Shown: positions 36,061 to 49,428 of the stretch, piece by piece | Position numbering within the stretch: position 1 is the first letter of the stretch | How the letters are laid out: each line of letters opens with the position of its first letter | NCBI RefSeq assembly: GCF_037042905.1 | Contig: NC_087263.1 | Coordinates: forward strand, 15,006,001-15,070,000 | DNA length: 64,000 nucleotides | Source: Lytechinus pictus | Taxonomy: Eukaryota | Reading direction: 5' to 3' | Notes under the pieces: generated by a model | Database searches by the model: none | Told to the model about the DNA's origin: nothing | Seen by the model: only the letters and a program-made list of their open reading frames with translations | Translations under genes and position numbers: made by a program

Positions 36061-37721
36061 TAATCACAAGACCATGAGGAAGATGAAACTCACGCCCTAT
36101 GAAAAAAATGCTTGTATATATAATATATGCTAAATGAAGAAACATCTGCCTGTCTAAAAATTACTTAAACCAATCATATACATGAGAAAAAATGTTGCTC
36201 AACCCTTCCTATTTGACATTTCAAACACGATACTTTTTACATAAAATACTTTAGTACAGCGAGCATTAAATTTCCCAAATCTAGAGACGACCTTTTCTGG
36301 AAATATGGTCTTATTAAATTTGGCTGAAAGGAAAAATTCATTATGCTTCGGTAAAGTTTGGTTTAGCGAGATCTATGTAATAAACGCTGGCAAAAAAATA
36401 CAATTTCCTTCTGAGATGAGGAATCTGTATTGATTGGAATGTGATTAGTTATGCGTGTGAGGCATACATGTTAGTGTTTGGGTGATATTAACATCTCACA
36501 TGTACATGTAGATATCATGTATATTTCACTCATTATCAAAATGAACACATACACTGTGTCTGCATTCTGATTGAGGAATCATCTATAATGAGCTATGTTC
36601 ATACGAGTAGAAGTGAGATTACATTTAATCCAGTTACTATTTCTCCATTATCATGGTACAGATGCACATTTTCTCGATCCTAAGTATTAAATAAAGAGGT
36701 GCCATGGTCCAGTGGATGGGCCTCTGGACAAGACATCACCAGGCCGGCATAAAAATCCCCCTAAGCTAATTACCCTCAGCAGGAGCTGCGAGACATTATT
36801 CTACATTTGCCACACTCGACCCAGGTGAGGCACATGGGTAGGCTTACAGAGCATGCTTTATTCCTCAAATGTTAACTCTAAATTACAAGACGTTTCTAAA
36901 CACCCCTAATGTCTGATCTGAACATTGACTTTTGTTGTTGTAAGTGTGAACGTGACCCTTGTGTAACATCGCAAATAAATAGCTTAAACCATCGCCCTAA
37001 AGCTCCGACTTCCTTACTTAAACGAGAAGGCTGTGTTGATTCTCGGGACATACAGGTGTCGGGGCGGTGTAATCAATGTTCAGCTCCGGGCTGTATGGTG
37101 CGATAGTTTTGGGTCAGCCAGGCTCTGATGTAAATGCAATGGGGATGATTGCATGTGGTCAGGTCTCCCAACGATACTAATTTGTTGAACCCGTGGGTTC
37201 CTGAAGTCTGTAATTCTCGCAGATTGTGGGAAGAGCTGACCCATCCCTTAAGGCAATGGGTGAAATGTTTATGTAATGAAGAGGAATGTTGCTTCTATGC
37301 TGGCATAGTTCAGGCGAAGTTTATTTCAATTCACTTGACTTCTAAACAAATTTACAAGTAAAATATACATTCATAATATACATAAAGGTCATCAATTGAT
37401 TTATAAATGGAGGCTTCTACAAGAGAAATTAAAAATAAAGGCAATGCAAATTCTTCTTGAAAAGGGAATGCAAATACTTCAAACAGATCCCCCTCAATTC
37501 CCAACAAGGCGAACTTGAAAAAGAAGCTTAGTCCGCTACAGCAACATTCATGAAAAATAAAACATGAAATATTGAAAATACATGTTTCTCTCCAATTTCA
37601 TGCCCAAAATATCAATGTCGGCATTCTTCACAATCATATGGATTGGATATAAGTAGAAGCATGTCTTCTCTGTAGCCGCCGCTGTGCTAAATGTTCACAT
37701 TTGCGCCATACGAGAGCATGC

Positions 37722-37810
37722 TCACGCTGTGATGTCGTCGGGCCAGACGTTATTAAGTTTCCCCGTGCCTGTTTTAGTGGAACGGCAGCAGTAGCACCAG
37801 AAGAGGGGCT
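37722..37810 (-). CDS. Candidate orphan terminal coding exon (xPLFWCYCCRSTKTGTGKLNNVWPDDITA*)
   Basis: Acceptor ccttgtctctggtatatatatttcCAG (37813-37811), GC-richer island, TGA at 37724-37722 and a minus-strand AATAAA at 37325-37320. No upstream exon identified. Confidence 0.3.
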
Positions 37811-39305
37811 CTGGAAATATATATACCAGAGACAAGGTAATGTAATCTAGAAGGCTTGATTAGAAAATCTCAAATACACAAGTAGACCTTGAGAGCTGTG
37901 GAAAAGTGCTTGCGAATGGGAGATGTTGTTTCAGTTGTCAGAATTGACTTTTTTGAGGTTGATGAATACTGAGGTGACATACGTTGGAGAAGTTTGCCTT
38001 GCCTCAGGAACATGTGCTGTGTGATGTTGATACCACCTTATCAAACATTTTTTGGTTATTATTGTTAATTTTGTTTTTTATATTTTCATCATATCTGATC
38101 AATCGTGTATGGGATTCCCCCCGCAAACATGACAAATAAGTACTATACTTGAAAGGAGAAATGGAAATGCGAAGTTTTTGCCTTTCAATTGTAATGCTTC
38201 CCGGCTGCCAGTAATTGATGGTAGAGGAAGGAAAAAAAATACATGAAAAAGGTTACAAAATCCTGCACTTTGTAACGTATCATAATCCATTAGTTTGTAT
38301 ATGCAAGTTGGCAAATGAAGAACATTTTCAACTATAGGCCTATAATTACAATGTCAAATTTCAGACTCATTTGCAATGAAATGAACTGAAATAACAGGAT
38401 GAAAGATTTGTATTACATAGTCTTCTAACACATACTCAAGTGAATGAATAAGGAGGGAAAAAAGGAAGCAGTAACATTGGTTTACAAGAAGGGGAAAAGT
38501 GAAGAGGGTGGGAGGGGAGACGGGGGAGGGGGGATGAGAAAAGGGGGAATTGGAGGGGAATGGGAAGGGGATGGGAAGGGTAAGCTAGGGAAGGGGAAGT
38601 GAGGAAGGAGATTAGGAGTGGGAGTGAAAAAGAACGGGAAGGGGATGGCAAGATAGGAGAAACACAAAAATAAGATAGAAACACAAAATGAAAACGAACA
38701 AAAGACCAAACAAGAAATAGATGGAGGGAAAAACAAGACAAATGCATTGCAGAATAGTGAAAACAAATAGGGATAGTACTAAAAAAGTGCAGACAGAAAT
38801 AAGAAGCCCATTTAGACTAGCCATGAAGCACATTAAATGCCATCTACACGGAACATTTTCAATCCCAATTTACGTCATCGCTGAGCTTCCATTATACATG
38901 AGCAAATACACATTGTTCATATTCTTTTGAAGAAATTCAATCAATATAGAAGGCTTTAGTCTCATTTGGCATAAAAGATGGTCATAACCAAAAGCTATGT
39001 ATTCCTTTGAGCCATTATAGGGAAATAAGGAAATACATTACGTGTAGCTGCAAGAACATAAATAAACTAAATAAGAATCTATTCCAGTCTTTGGTTCTAT
39101 TTGTAACTGTATTTCCAGCTGCATAAGATATATTTCCGTCCATCATACTTCTTAAATAAAAGTAATAATGGATTGAAGTTGTATCATGCCAAATCTACTC
39201 TGTAGAGTACTCAAGGGGCTTTTCAAGAAATTTTAAGGAAACTCAGAAGAAAAGAATAGAAATATTTTAAGGTGTTTTTTTTTTAGTTTCAGAAGTTACA
39301 CATTT

Positions 39306-39535
39306 TGCGATAGCTCAGTCGGTAGGAAGGTAGGTAGCTCTGTCAGTAGAGTGGGGGTTTCAGATTCTGGTGACCAGAGTTTGATTCCACTTGGTGCACT
39401 AGTGCCCTTTCGTCAGTAAGGCATTATTCCTCATAACCAGGTCCCTCGGAGAGGACCTTAAGCCGTTGGTACTCTGGTTGCGTGCTTACAAGCATTCATG
39501 CTTTCTTAGCAATAAGGTGAAAAAAAATCACCACC
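39306..39535 (+). mobile_element. tRNA-derived SINE family B (older copy, duplicated A-box)
   Basis: Reverse complement of 59556-59770; ends in (CAC)n. Confidence 0.8.
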
Positions 39536-41129
39536 ATTTACCATTTACTTTAGAGGATGACTTACAAAGTATCAACCCCCCCAGTTTTGAAAGCATGGTT
39601 TAAAATGGATCATCTCATGAAATATTGCAGCCTATTCTTCTAACAGCATTTTGTTTGAACTAAAACATCTTAACAATAGCTGTAGTAATTATTTTTTGTA
39701 ATCCATGCAAAACAGCCAGGGGGGGCAAGTACATAAAATTTCACTAACATGAACATAACAAATGAAAATTTTTGATACACCAGTGAATAAAAAACATGTT
39801 GTTGATCAAAGGAATGAGTAAAGAATTCAAGGAATATGAAAAGCTAGAATATCAGACAGATTTCCAGGGTAGAGGAAACGAAAGCAAATCAATCTATGGA
39901 TTTTTATTCCAAAGTGACTGCTATTTCGAAGGGGAAATCAAGCAACTTCCCTTTCTAGGCCTATAGAAAACAACATACAAAGGAGGATAAGGATTCACTT
40001 TCAATGTGAAATGCAATACATCTCTATCAATCAAATTTGATGGAAAAGAAATATGATGACCTTTAAAGGAATATCTCTTAACCATTTTATTTTTCTTTGA
40101 AGTCTAATTCCACTCTCAGAAAAATTATTTTGCTTAGTTTCTACTTTAAGATTATTCTTCTAGGTACTTACCCACTATTTATGTTGATTTAAAGAAAATA
40201 TGGACTATTTCTCTCTCTCTGCATGTATGTCTTATTCCCATCTCCTCTCTGTATAGACATTTCTTCACTACATCTTATGCTAATTATTGTTTTCTAACAC
40301 CAGCTTCCTTCATACACAGTATAAAACTTTTTTCTTAAATTTTATACAATGCTCTTTATTAAAAGAAGTTTAAACTGGTTATTTACAAGTTTAAACAACA
40401 ATTATTTACTGAAGATGGAATATCAAAATTTAAAATTCGTCGTCAAGATTTTAAACACTTCTTTTAATTGTTACACTGTTTCTTCTCTAACACCTTCTCT
40501 TCTACCGTCTCCCCGATAACTGTACCAATTCAATTTTATGCCACTACTTTTCTTGCAAGCTACCCCTTGCTGTTATTAAACCAACTCTCTTCCCTCTCCC
40601 GGCCGCCCCTCTTCATTTGCCTACTTCCCTCCTCCCTTCTCTCCTCCCCTCTCTCCAACAACTTTCACACCAAAATCCACTTTATTTTCTTTATTTCATG
40701 TCACTTCCTACTTTCTTCCAAGATTCTCATGTTCTAGTTTATATCTCAACTCCACCTTAGAATTATGTTGACGCCTTCTCACTCACTATGTTGTAAATTC
40801 AATTGTTGAGGAATGTTGTGCCAAATGGTACGGGGGTACGGGAGAGATATTAAAGATAGGGAATGTTTTTGGAGACACGTCAAACATGAATTATGTGTGA
40901 AATAATGTAATATGCACCTTGGTATTCTAGAGTAGGTGTATGTGCAATTGGTAGTTGTGAAGGAAACATGAATGAAAGAATTTATGGGGAAAAAGGGTTT
41001 TAAATAACTTCTAACAAAAAAAATTATCAAAACTTGCGAGTAAAAAAGAAATCCATGTGAAAAAAGAAATCCATGTCTTCAGTCTCTCCTTTATATTATA
41101 GTTTTGTAATATACGTACTGAAACTAAGT

Positions 41130-41351
41130 TACGGGGGCTTGCCTCTCATACAAGCTTTGCTTTTCTTGGCAAGCCCCTCCGTTCTGTTTTATATAGTCAT
41201 TATAGTCAAAGTTACTTTAGTTCGCATTAGTTCTCATTGTTTATACCTTATTCCGATTGATGTTGTACTTTAAATTTGACTATGTATTGTTTGATTTTGT
41301 TGTGCTTTGTGAATGGAAAATGAATAAATCTAAATCTAAATCTAAAATCTA
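41130..41351 (+). mobile_element. 3' end of a LINE (CR1/L2-like)
   Basis: Stem-loop ggggcttgcc..ggcaagcccc, T-rich UTR, then aataaa(tctaaa)n tail. Confidence 0.55.
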
Positions 41352-42413
41352 AGAATACCTACCACAAATATGAAAAAGAACAACAACAACAAGTCAACCT
41401 TATACACTAAAAAGAAAACCATGCAAAATACTGTTTAGCGGACATTTTTTTTTCTTGAATCACATATACTGATATTCAAAATAGAGGGTGTAGGTGGGGA
41501 CATATTTGGCAAATCCCCCCCCCCCCTTGTACTGTCCCGCACTGGTCAAAAATGGGATATTACTGCCTCTTCATTGCAATGGTTACATCTACTATTCTTT
41601 CTTTCTTGTTGTAAACAAAATGTCCCAAAACTGCCCCCCTTTAACTATAACTTTTTTACAAGTATTTTTCTATGCTTGTTTTAAAATTCCAAGTACCTTG
41701 CCCCTTCTTAAAATAGATAAATCTGTTTGAAGGTGCACTACTATTACTCACTATTTAATCAAACTATTTAACAGGTTCCCCAAATTCTCCAAATTATTTA
41801 AAAATCTATTTTATATTTAAAAGAAATGTGTAAAGAGCTATTAACAATGCTTAAATTGAGAGACATAAGCAGCAATTAATCTGCCCAACAAAGATATGCA
41901 CACCAACGCAAATATGAAGAGCTCTAATAGTTATAACATACAGCATACCTATAGTTGGAGCATTCCATATCTGCCATCAACAGATAGGATCTATTCTGTA
42001 CAATTCCCAGTCGACAGTATAAACTATCGCACAGATGCCTATTCAACTGTTCCCAGTAGATAGTACAAACTATCGCACAGATGCCAGCAAAAGATGAAAT
42101 CTATTCAATAGATCCCTACTGACATTAGAATGCGGGGTAAGGGCGTTCCAATTACCGACCATCAGGCCGTCTGACACCTCTTTTTAATCTCGTCAGAAAG
42201 ATGGACGGGTCTGAAATGGACATCGCAGATAATGTCTGTCAGTAGCTCATTTGCTTGCTTAATTTAAACACATCAATTCCAATTGGATTACAGGGTAACT
42301 TGGTGACATGTATTATCTGTGTGAGTTCTCAAACAAGCTTTCACACATTTTGATAGCTTGTAAATTACATGTGCATTACACATAGAGGAGTAATTTACAA
42401 GAATTGCTGAGAT

Positions 42414-42698
42414 TAATAATAATATAATAATAATAATATAGGGTATTTATATTGCGCACATATCCACCTTGTTAGGTGCTCAAGGCGCTCCTATATTACC
42501 CGGCTAAGCTAGGCGTTCATAGCGCACACAGCTTTTTAAGGAATTACTTCCTACCGGTACCCATTTACCTCACCTGGGTTGAGTGCAGCACACTGTGGAT
42601 CAGTTTCTTGCTGAAGGAAATTACGCCATGGCTGGGATTCGAACCCACGACCCTCTGTTTCAAAGTCCGAAGACTAATCCACTGGGCCACAACGCTCC
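42414..42698 (-). mobile_element. SINE family A, full length, tail type 2
   Basis: Head and core match 11587-11730; tail gcgccttgagcacctaacaaggtggatatgtgcgc plus (TAT)n. Confidence 0.9.
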
Positions 42699-42732
42699 AC
42701 TATTTATAATTTATTTATATATAATATACATG

Positions 42733-43007
42733 TAGGTATATTTACCCAGGGAAGATACTTCAGTTCTGAAAACTGTTCTCCCAGTGGGCCCTGCTATCAT
42801 TATTACCCCGGCTTTAGCTGGGCTGCCTAGGCGCTCAAAGCATTCGAGGAATTTCTTCCTACCGGGTACCCATTTACTTCACCTAGGTTGGGTGCAGCAC
42901 AATGTGGAAATATTTCTTGCTGAAGGAAATTACGCCATGGCTGGGATTCGAACCCAACAGCCTCTGTTTCAAAGTCAGAAGACTAATCCACTGGGCCACA
43001 ATGCTCC
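42733..43007 (-). mobile_element. SINE family A, full length, tail type 3, in tandem with the previous copy
   Basis: Same head and core; tail gcagggcccactgggagaacagttttcagaactgaag..ccctgggtaaatatacct. Confidence 0.9.
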
Positions 43008-44758
43008 ACAATGCTTCATACAAAATAGTGAGATCTGAGATTGTTTGGGTGCACTAAACAGTTATTCAGGTATGGGGTATTCTGAAAATAGTTTTCTAAT
43101 TGAAAGAAATAAAACAAAAAAATATATAAAATGCAACAAGAAAAAAAATTGAAGAACAGTAACCTCATATCTACTGAAGATGTCTGTTTTACATATTTTG
43201 GATGATCTAATGGGAAAAATTGAATAAATGGTAGGTAGCAGATTGATTACAGAGGGGGTGGGGAGAAGAGTAATCAAGAGAAAGGGAGAAATAAAGTACA
43301 GGGGAGACAAGGAAAGAAGGAAAGAGAAAGAGGGGGAGTAATGGAGAGACAGACAAACAGACAGAGAGAAGAGGGGAGGAAGAGAAGGCAAGTGGATGCG
43401 GAACAAAATACCTTTATAACACAGCTACAATGACAAAGATCTTTTTCTTTTTTTTCACTTTTTAAAATTTTGTAACGGTGTTTGTGGTGTTCCTTTAATA
43501 CATGACCTGCATGGGAACCTACACTATGGTATCTTTCAATATCAAATGATAAAATGAAAAGGTGTGCTGTGATGGGCTCAGGTGAGCTGGTGTAAAAGAA
43601 ATCAATTTTACATACCAATGGCTAGAGCTAGCTTTTTTATACCTGCCCATCTTTCTATCTCCTCTCAATCTCTCTCTCTCTCTTCCACCTCCTCTCATAA
43701 CCCACCTATCAATCCAATAACTAAGTTGCTACGAACAAATGAATACAAAGGTATAATCAATCTCTCTGTCCCGTTCTCTTCCTCTTGGTACCAATTTCCA
43801 TCTATCTCAAATCTTTCTCTTTCGACCTCTCAGTTTTTCTTTCTATCTCTTCTCGTCTCTTCATCTCCCTCCTAAAGGGATGGAGAAAGAGCTGAAAGGA
43901 AGGACTGAAATAATACCAATACAGTGATAACTATGGTATTGAAGATGTCTAAAGAAAAATAAGAGAAATGGAGAATGATGGAGGGAAAGGGTTAAGATAT
44001 TTATTTAGAGAAAAACAAAGAAATACAAGGGAAATAAGTTGAGAGAAAGAGGGAGAAAGAAGCCAATAAAAGGAGAAATAGTTTGAGAGAAAAAGAAAGG
44101 GAAACTGAGAAAGAGCAAGGAAGAAATTGAAAGACAAATAAATAATGATGGTGTGTAAAATAGAGAAAAGAAAGAAGAGAGAGACACGGAGGGAGAGAGG
44201 GAGAAAGAGAGAGAGGGGAAGAGAAGGGAAATGGAAATAAAAGATGTATATCAAGGAGATCACTGCAAGCGAATTCATTTACGTAACCAGCACCTGAATT
44301 TTGTTTTGAGATCCACTCCATTCTGAACTCGCCCGCACCGAACGTACACTGGAAAAGAAATTCTGCTAAATATTCCTTGACCTGCGTGTAAGCAATACGA
44401 TGGATGTAGGGCAGATGGGGGATTTCTTTTCACCCCGCAGCCTGTGGAATGATATTCTTCCGCATAGGAAATAATATGATGGCAGTTCAGTGAACTGTCT
44501 TTATCTTACAACCATTGACTTGTACAGCTAGCTCGATGGGTAAGGAAGATGATGGTCAATTTCAATGAAGAAACAAAAAAGAAAAGAAAGACAACCGAAA
44601 GCTTGATAGAAAAAAGATGGATAGAAAAACCCTATTATTAAAAGCATGATGGAAAGGCAGGATAATTGTTGATTTCATTGAAATAAAATTTGAAAGAAAA
44701 ATTATAGTAAGAGGGATAATTGGAAGATTGATGGAAAGATAATAGATAGAAACATATT

Positions 44759-45169
44759 TGCCCGAATTCACAAAGGTGGTTTTGAAAACCCACGGTTAAG
44801 TCAATGGTTTATGCAGATTTCCTGTATAAATTACGCTTAATTTAGCGCGTATCGGGTGCTTGTATAAAAAATTCCAATGCCGATGAGCGCTTTTGTCACA
44901 GTGCGCCAAATTGATGCCTGTTACCATGGTTTATTTATGAGTCCACTGTTTGAAGAGTGGACTCATTATTCAAAACAGTGGACTCATAAATAAAATAGCA
45001 TGGATAACCACGGCAACAGGCGTCAATTTGGTGCACTCTGACAAAAGCGCGCATCAGCATTGGACATTTTTTAATATGCGCGGTAAAATAAGCGTAATTT
45101 ATACAGGAAATCTGCATAAACCATGGACTCAACCGTGGGTTTTCAAAACCACCTTTGTGAATTTGGGCC
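44759..45169. mobile_element. Palindromic MITE (GCCC.AATTCACAAAGGTGGTTTTGAAAACCCACGG arms)
   Basis: Two highly similar inverted arms of about 190 bp. Confidence 0.85.
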
Positions 45170-46874
45170 ATTATCATACCAAGCACTGACTTGTACAGTT
45201 AAGGGAAGTAGGATGAAAACTGCTTTTTCTAAGAAAACAAAATGAATGTCACAATCGTGTATTTTATAGAAACACATTGAAATCCAGACAAAATAAAAAT
45301 ACCATCTGTGTTATATTGTATGATCACATGCAGATAATTGAACTTGTGGCAGAGAATGACACTGCATTTCATTCATTTCAAACCAATAACATTTGCACAC
45401 CTTAACAGGATATACATGTATGCTAAGGCATTGCTAGACATGGGCATATTTTTATGTCGGTGCAAGAACACCCTTAGCAAAACATTTCTGCAAACCGCAT
45501 CAATGAGAAACCCCTTTATGCCCAAAGGTGTGGTGTTAAGGGCATTCTTGCACCAACACGGCGATATATCACAGGAATAAATCTGCATTAAGTGTTCAAT
45601 TCACCAACTTGGCTTTGTTCTCACAAGCATTCTATTAATTTGACGAATGGTTAGACCCGTTTGGAGTACAAATCTTATTAGTTATATCATGTGTGAAAAA
45701 ATATGGCAGCTGCTATATATGAAGAAAAACAGCAGGGGTGCTAGGGCAAAATCCAGGCATGAAAATGACTTGGCATTCAGATTTCTTTTGTTTCGAAAAT
45801 GTAATAAATAAGGAATTTTAGCTTACTTCACTTTGCACGTAGTGGCATTGTTCATAAATGCCTAATATTCTGCGCACTGTAAACTGCATGTCAAAGCACC
45901 GCATGCCGCCAAGTGCCGTCTGTATTGGACTCAATGGCACTTTATGAGGGCATTTTTGGTGTGTGTGGAAGTGACTATAAACATTTTGAGGGTGAAATCA
46001 CCCTTAGCTGTAACATTTTTTTTAACTGCATTGTTGTGATCGGTAAAGTAGAATAGGATAAACATTGCAACATGCAAGCAAAAACAGAACCTTATCAAAC
46101 AATAAAATTGTTAAGGTTATCAATGTAAGATCTCTCAAAGAGAAACACATGATCAAATGTGATTACAAATGGATGTGTTTCAACAATTAATATCCTTTAA
46201 TAAAACTATTGATATCAAATTTTCATGGAAAGCCCCTAAAATACATTCTCAATAATTATGCTGATTTATTTAGTTTTTCTTTTTTTTACACATCTGCAAT
46301 CATTTACATTAATGATTATCAAAAAAGATATTGGCACATTTCTTGTGGGAGCATACGTGTACTAATTCTCATGACAGAACCTACTGGTGCCAGTAGAGCC
46401 ATAATGTCAGGCCAAAATTACATTTTGACAAAGAACACACACTTGTAATACGATGACTAATGGGAGAAAAACTCATGTGTGTATTAAATTCAATGACATC
46501 TTTAACCTTCATTAAATGTGATACCAGCTTGTTCTGCTAATCAGATATCTCGCCAGACATTATCACATGAGGGTTTGCTCCTCCCCTCTTTTCCTTCTCT
46601 GTTTCACAACTTCTAATGGGGCAGTGCAATACATTTATGATCAATTGCATATGGGGACCCCAAATCAATCATATGTTTACAATGAATTGTGAGCACTCTC
46701 TTTCGCACTATTATTCCTACATTCATTTATGAACATTTCATTCATTCATAAAGATCTACATCCAACAACCCATAGCCCCACTTATAACATAAGGGTTGAA
46801 CTTTCCAACCTACAATCGCTCCTCCTCCCTAATTTCATCTATCCCTCCATTCCCACTCTCTTACCACTTAATAT

Positions 46875-47012
46875 CCATTCATTCATTTATTAATTCATTA
46901 ATTAATTAAGTCATTCATTCATTCATTCATTCATTCATTCATACATCAATCCACCCATCCATTCATTCATCCATCCATCCATCCATCTATCAAACCATCC
47001 ATCCATTCATCC
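46875..47012. repeat. (TTCA)n/(TCCA)n microsatellite
   Basis: Direct reading. Confidence 0.85.
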
Positions 47013-47179
47013 AAACCTACAACCAACACAACCAAACCAGAACCCCCTACTCCCTATAGCACCTGAAGGGTTAACTCTCCAACCTTCAGACAATACCCGC
47101 ATAAATTATCCTCATCTTTGTTGGTCCCTAGCGACTGGACCGGTGAGAAGCGATGGAATATTGATCTCCTATGAGTCAT

Positions 47180-47760
47180 TCCATGTGAAATATTGTTATC
47201 TTTGACTGATATCACCAAGTGGACAGCTTCCAAAATACTGTACGACTGGCGTCTGACTATATAGCAGTAAAATTTATATAGTTATATTTTTAAGTAGCAA
47301 TGATTATGACAGGATTTTGAGATAAGTCACTTATTTTGTGAAATATGTTATCTTTGAAATAATATCATTGAGTAGCTAGCTGCCCAAACTGAGAGTAGAG
47401 TCTGAATAGTATAACATTAGAGTTAATAGTATGATTATTAAATCTCTTAGGAACAATGATACAATATGATTCAGAGATAACTCACACGTTTTGTAAAAAA
47501 ATAAAATATCATCTTTCATATAATACCACAAAGTGGCTAGCTGCCCTAAAATTTGACTGCCATAGTGGTATAGTCATAAAGTTTATAGTACGCTTGTTAT
47601 TTTTTTAAGTAGCCAAGATTGCAATATAATTTGGGAATAAGACACATTTTTTTGTAAAATAAATTATTATCTTTCATATAATATCACAGAGTGGCTAGCT
47701 GCCCCAAATAAGACTGGCGTCTATAAAGGAATATACTCATGAAGTTTATAGTACCATTAT
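47180..47760. repeat. Diverged minisatellite, about 155-160-bp unit x 4
   Basis: Recurring tgtgaaatat.ttatctttga/ca...agtggctagctgccc..gagataa.tcac near 47184, 47338, 47492 and 47652. Confidence 0.75.
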
Positions 47761-48419
47761 CTTCAAGTTCATATTTTAGCAGTGAAATGAAATGAACTGT
47801 TTCATATTATTTACATGAACTTTTGATGAAAAACATTACAGAGATCAAAGGTTATTGTAAAAGAACATCCTGGCAATTTAAGATTCAATTACACGTTAGT
47901 TATAACCAAATTTATGTAATCAAAAGCTACTTAGAAATCTAAATCTATGCACAAATGCCGAAGAGAGGTCCCCCGAAACAACAAAAGAAGCAAAACTCCC
48001 TTATAAATCAACAGTCATCAAATTTCTGAGTCAGAGCATCAAGCAACCCCCCCCCCCCACATCCCCACCCTCACCCCTTTGAGGGATTGTTCCATCCCTA
48101 GATCTGTTCAGTCAACACAGATCGGCCAGGCAAGATTTGACCTAATTCTCTTCATAACTCCAGGCGCACGAAAGCACATGTCAGTAAAACACAGACGCAT
48201 GACGTCAGGTTTTGATGGACATGCGCCTGACAACAAAATACAAAAAAAGAAACACACACAGAATGGCTGCAAAAAAAATTAAGTGTTATTCTAAACTAAT
48301 AATTTTTAAGGTTTGATTCCTTACCCCAACTTAATTGCATTGATCTGTATTTTAAATGTAATTACAACTTGTATAACCTTAGTTATCACAAATTTGTTTA
48401 TGTCTTTTGTATACTACTA

Positions 48420-48760
48420 AAAATGTATATATGCAATTCATTAGGCGCCGTATCCATCTTGTAAGAGATGATCAAGGCGCACAAGAGAAGGGGGAGCAAA
48501 CAAAATAAAATAACAAAATAAATCAATGAAAATTGAGTTATAGAGGTACTAAGCTAAAAACTTTAAGTTTTTAGTTTTATCTTTAAACGTTTCCACAAAC
48601 TTGCTATCCCGGTTCTCTCGTGGGAGGGAATTCCATAGCTAGGGACCCGCATGGATGAATGCCCTTTCCCCCACTTTTTTTAACATTTTGGAATTGTAAG
48701 AAGACCAGAGTCACTGGAGCATAGAGGCCTAGATGGTGTGTAGGTGTTAATGAGAGCAGA
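48420..48760 (-). mobile_element. L2-clade LINE 3' fragment (end of ORF2 plus 3' UTR), degenerate
   Basis: Minus frame reads TYTPSRPLCSSDSGLLTIPKC*KKWGERAFIHAGP*LWNSLPRE..FKDK, the typical L2/CR1 ORF2 C-terminus (GxRAF..A.P.LWNSLP). It is followed by a gcgccttga..ggcgc terminal stem-loop. Confidence 0.8.
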
Positions 48761-49356
48761 GTTGTACTGTCAGTGGAGTAGAGCCATGAACTGAGTGACA
48801 TACCAGTAAAAGGATATTTAATTTAACACGTTCACTCATGGGCAACCAATACTCTATTTGAAAGGAACCATAGTTTGTTCAGACATATTCCATTATTATA
48901 GGCCAGATTTTGAAGTTTTATATTTATTTTAATGGATAAAAGATACATATATCTAGGGTAGATATGGACCTACTAAAGGATTGTACAAATAGCAATAAAC
49001 TTGTTGTATTTAAGGTGCTTAGTACAGTTTTCGATTAGCACCTACAGATTAGTTACCTGATTGCCCAACATAGCACCAGGTAAACACACAACCTGCAAAA
49101 TTAATTATATGAACATATTTAATATGAAATATACCTGCTATTTATAAGGTGCTAATGACAAAGTATCTAGGCATTTTCTGATTGAAACCCATGACGAAAA
49201 ACCTCCATTTGAGAACACTATACCCCAGTTTCCCTTGCAATAAATTCTCTTCTCCAAGTACGACAAACCCTACTGCCCCAAGCATGCAATGTAAGTATCA
49301 AAACACCTGTTTCTTGACCTCGGTCAGAAGATAACACAACAGCCCGGCATATACAG

Positions 49357-49428
49357 TCACAGCAGGGGGCCACACACGATGGGGATGCATGCGCAGCGCT
49401 GAGTGCGGACCCGGTAAGCATGACGTCA
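49357..49428. promoter_or_regulatory. GC-rich motif cluster: CTCF-like, NRF1-like and CRE
   Basis: TCACAGCAGGGGGCCAC (49357-49373), TGCATGCGCA (49386-49395), TGACGTCA (49421-49428). Confidence 0.45.

Noticed and set aside
40750..41030. CR1-like ORF2 C-terminal remnant (minus strand ..IWHNIP..)
   Set aside because: Too degenerate to support without a profile search.
44283..44321. MEWISKQNS.. as another NAV first exon (similarly ATG 13388 with donor 13340, and donor near 55382)
   Set aside because: The available donors are phase 0 or 1, or the phase-2 frame is closed, so none joins the 3845 acceptor in frame.
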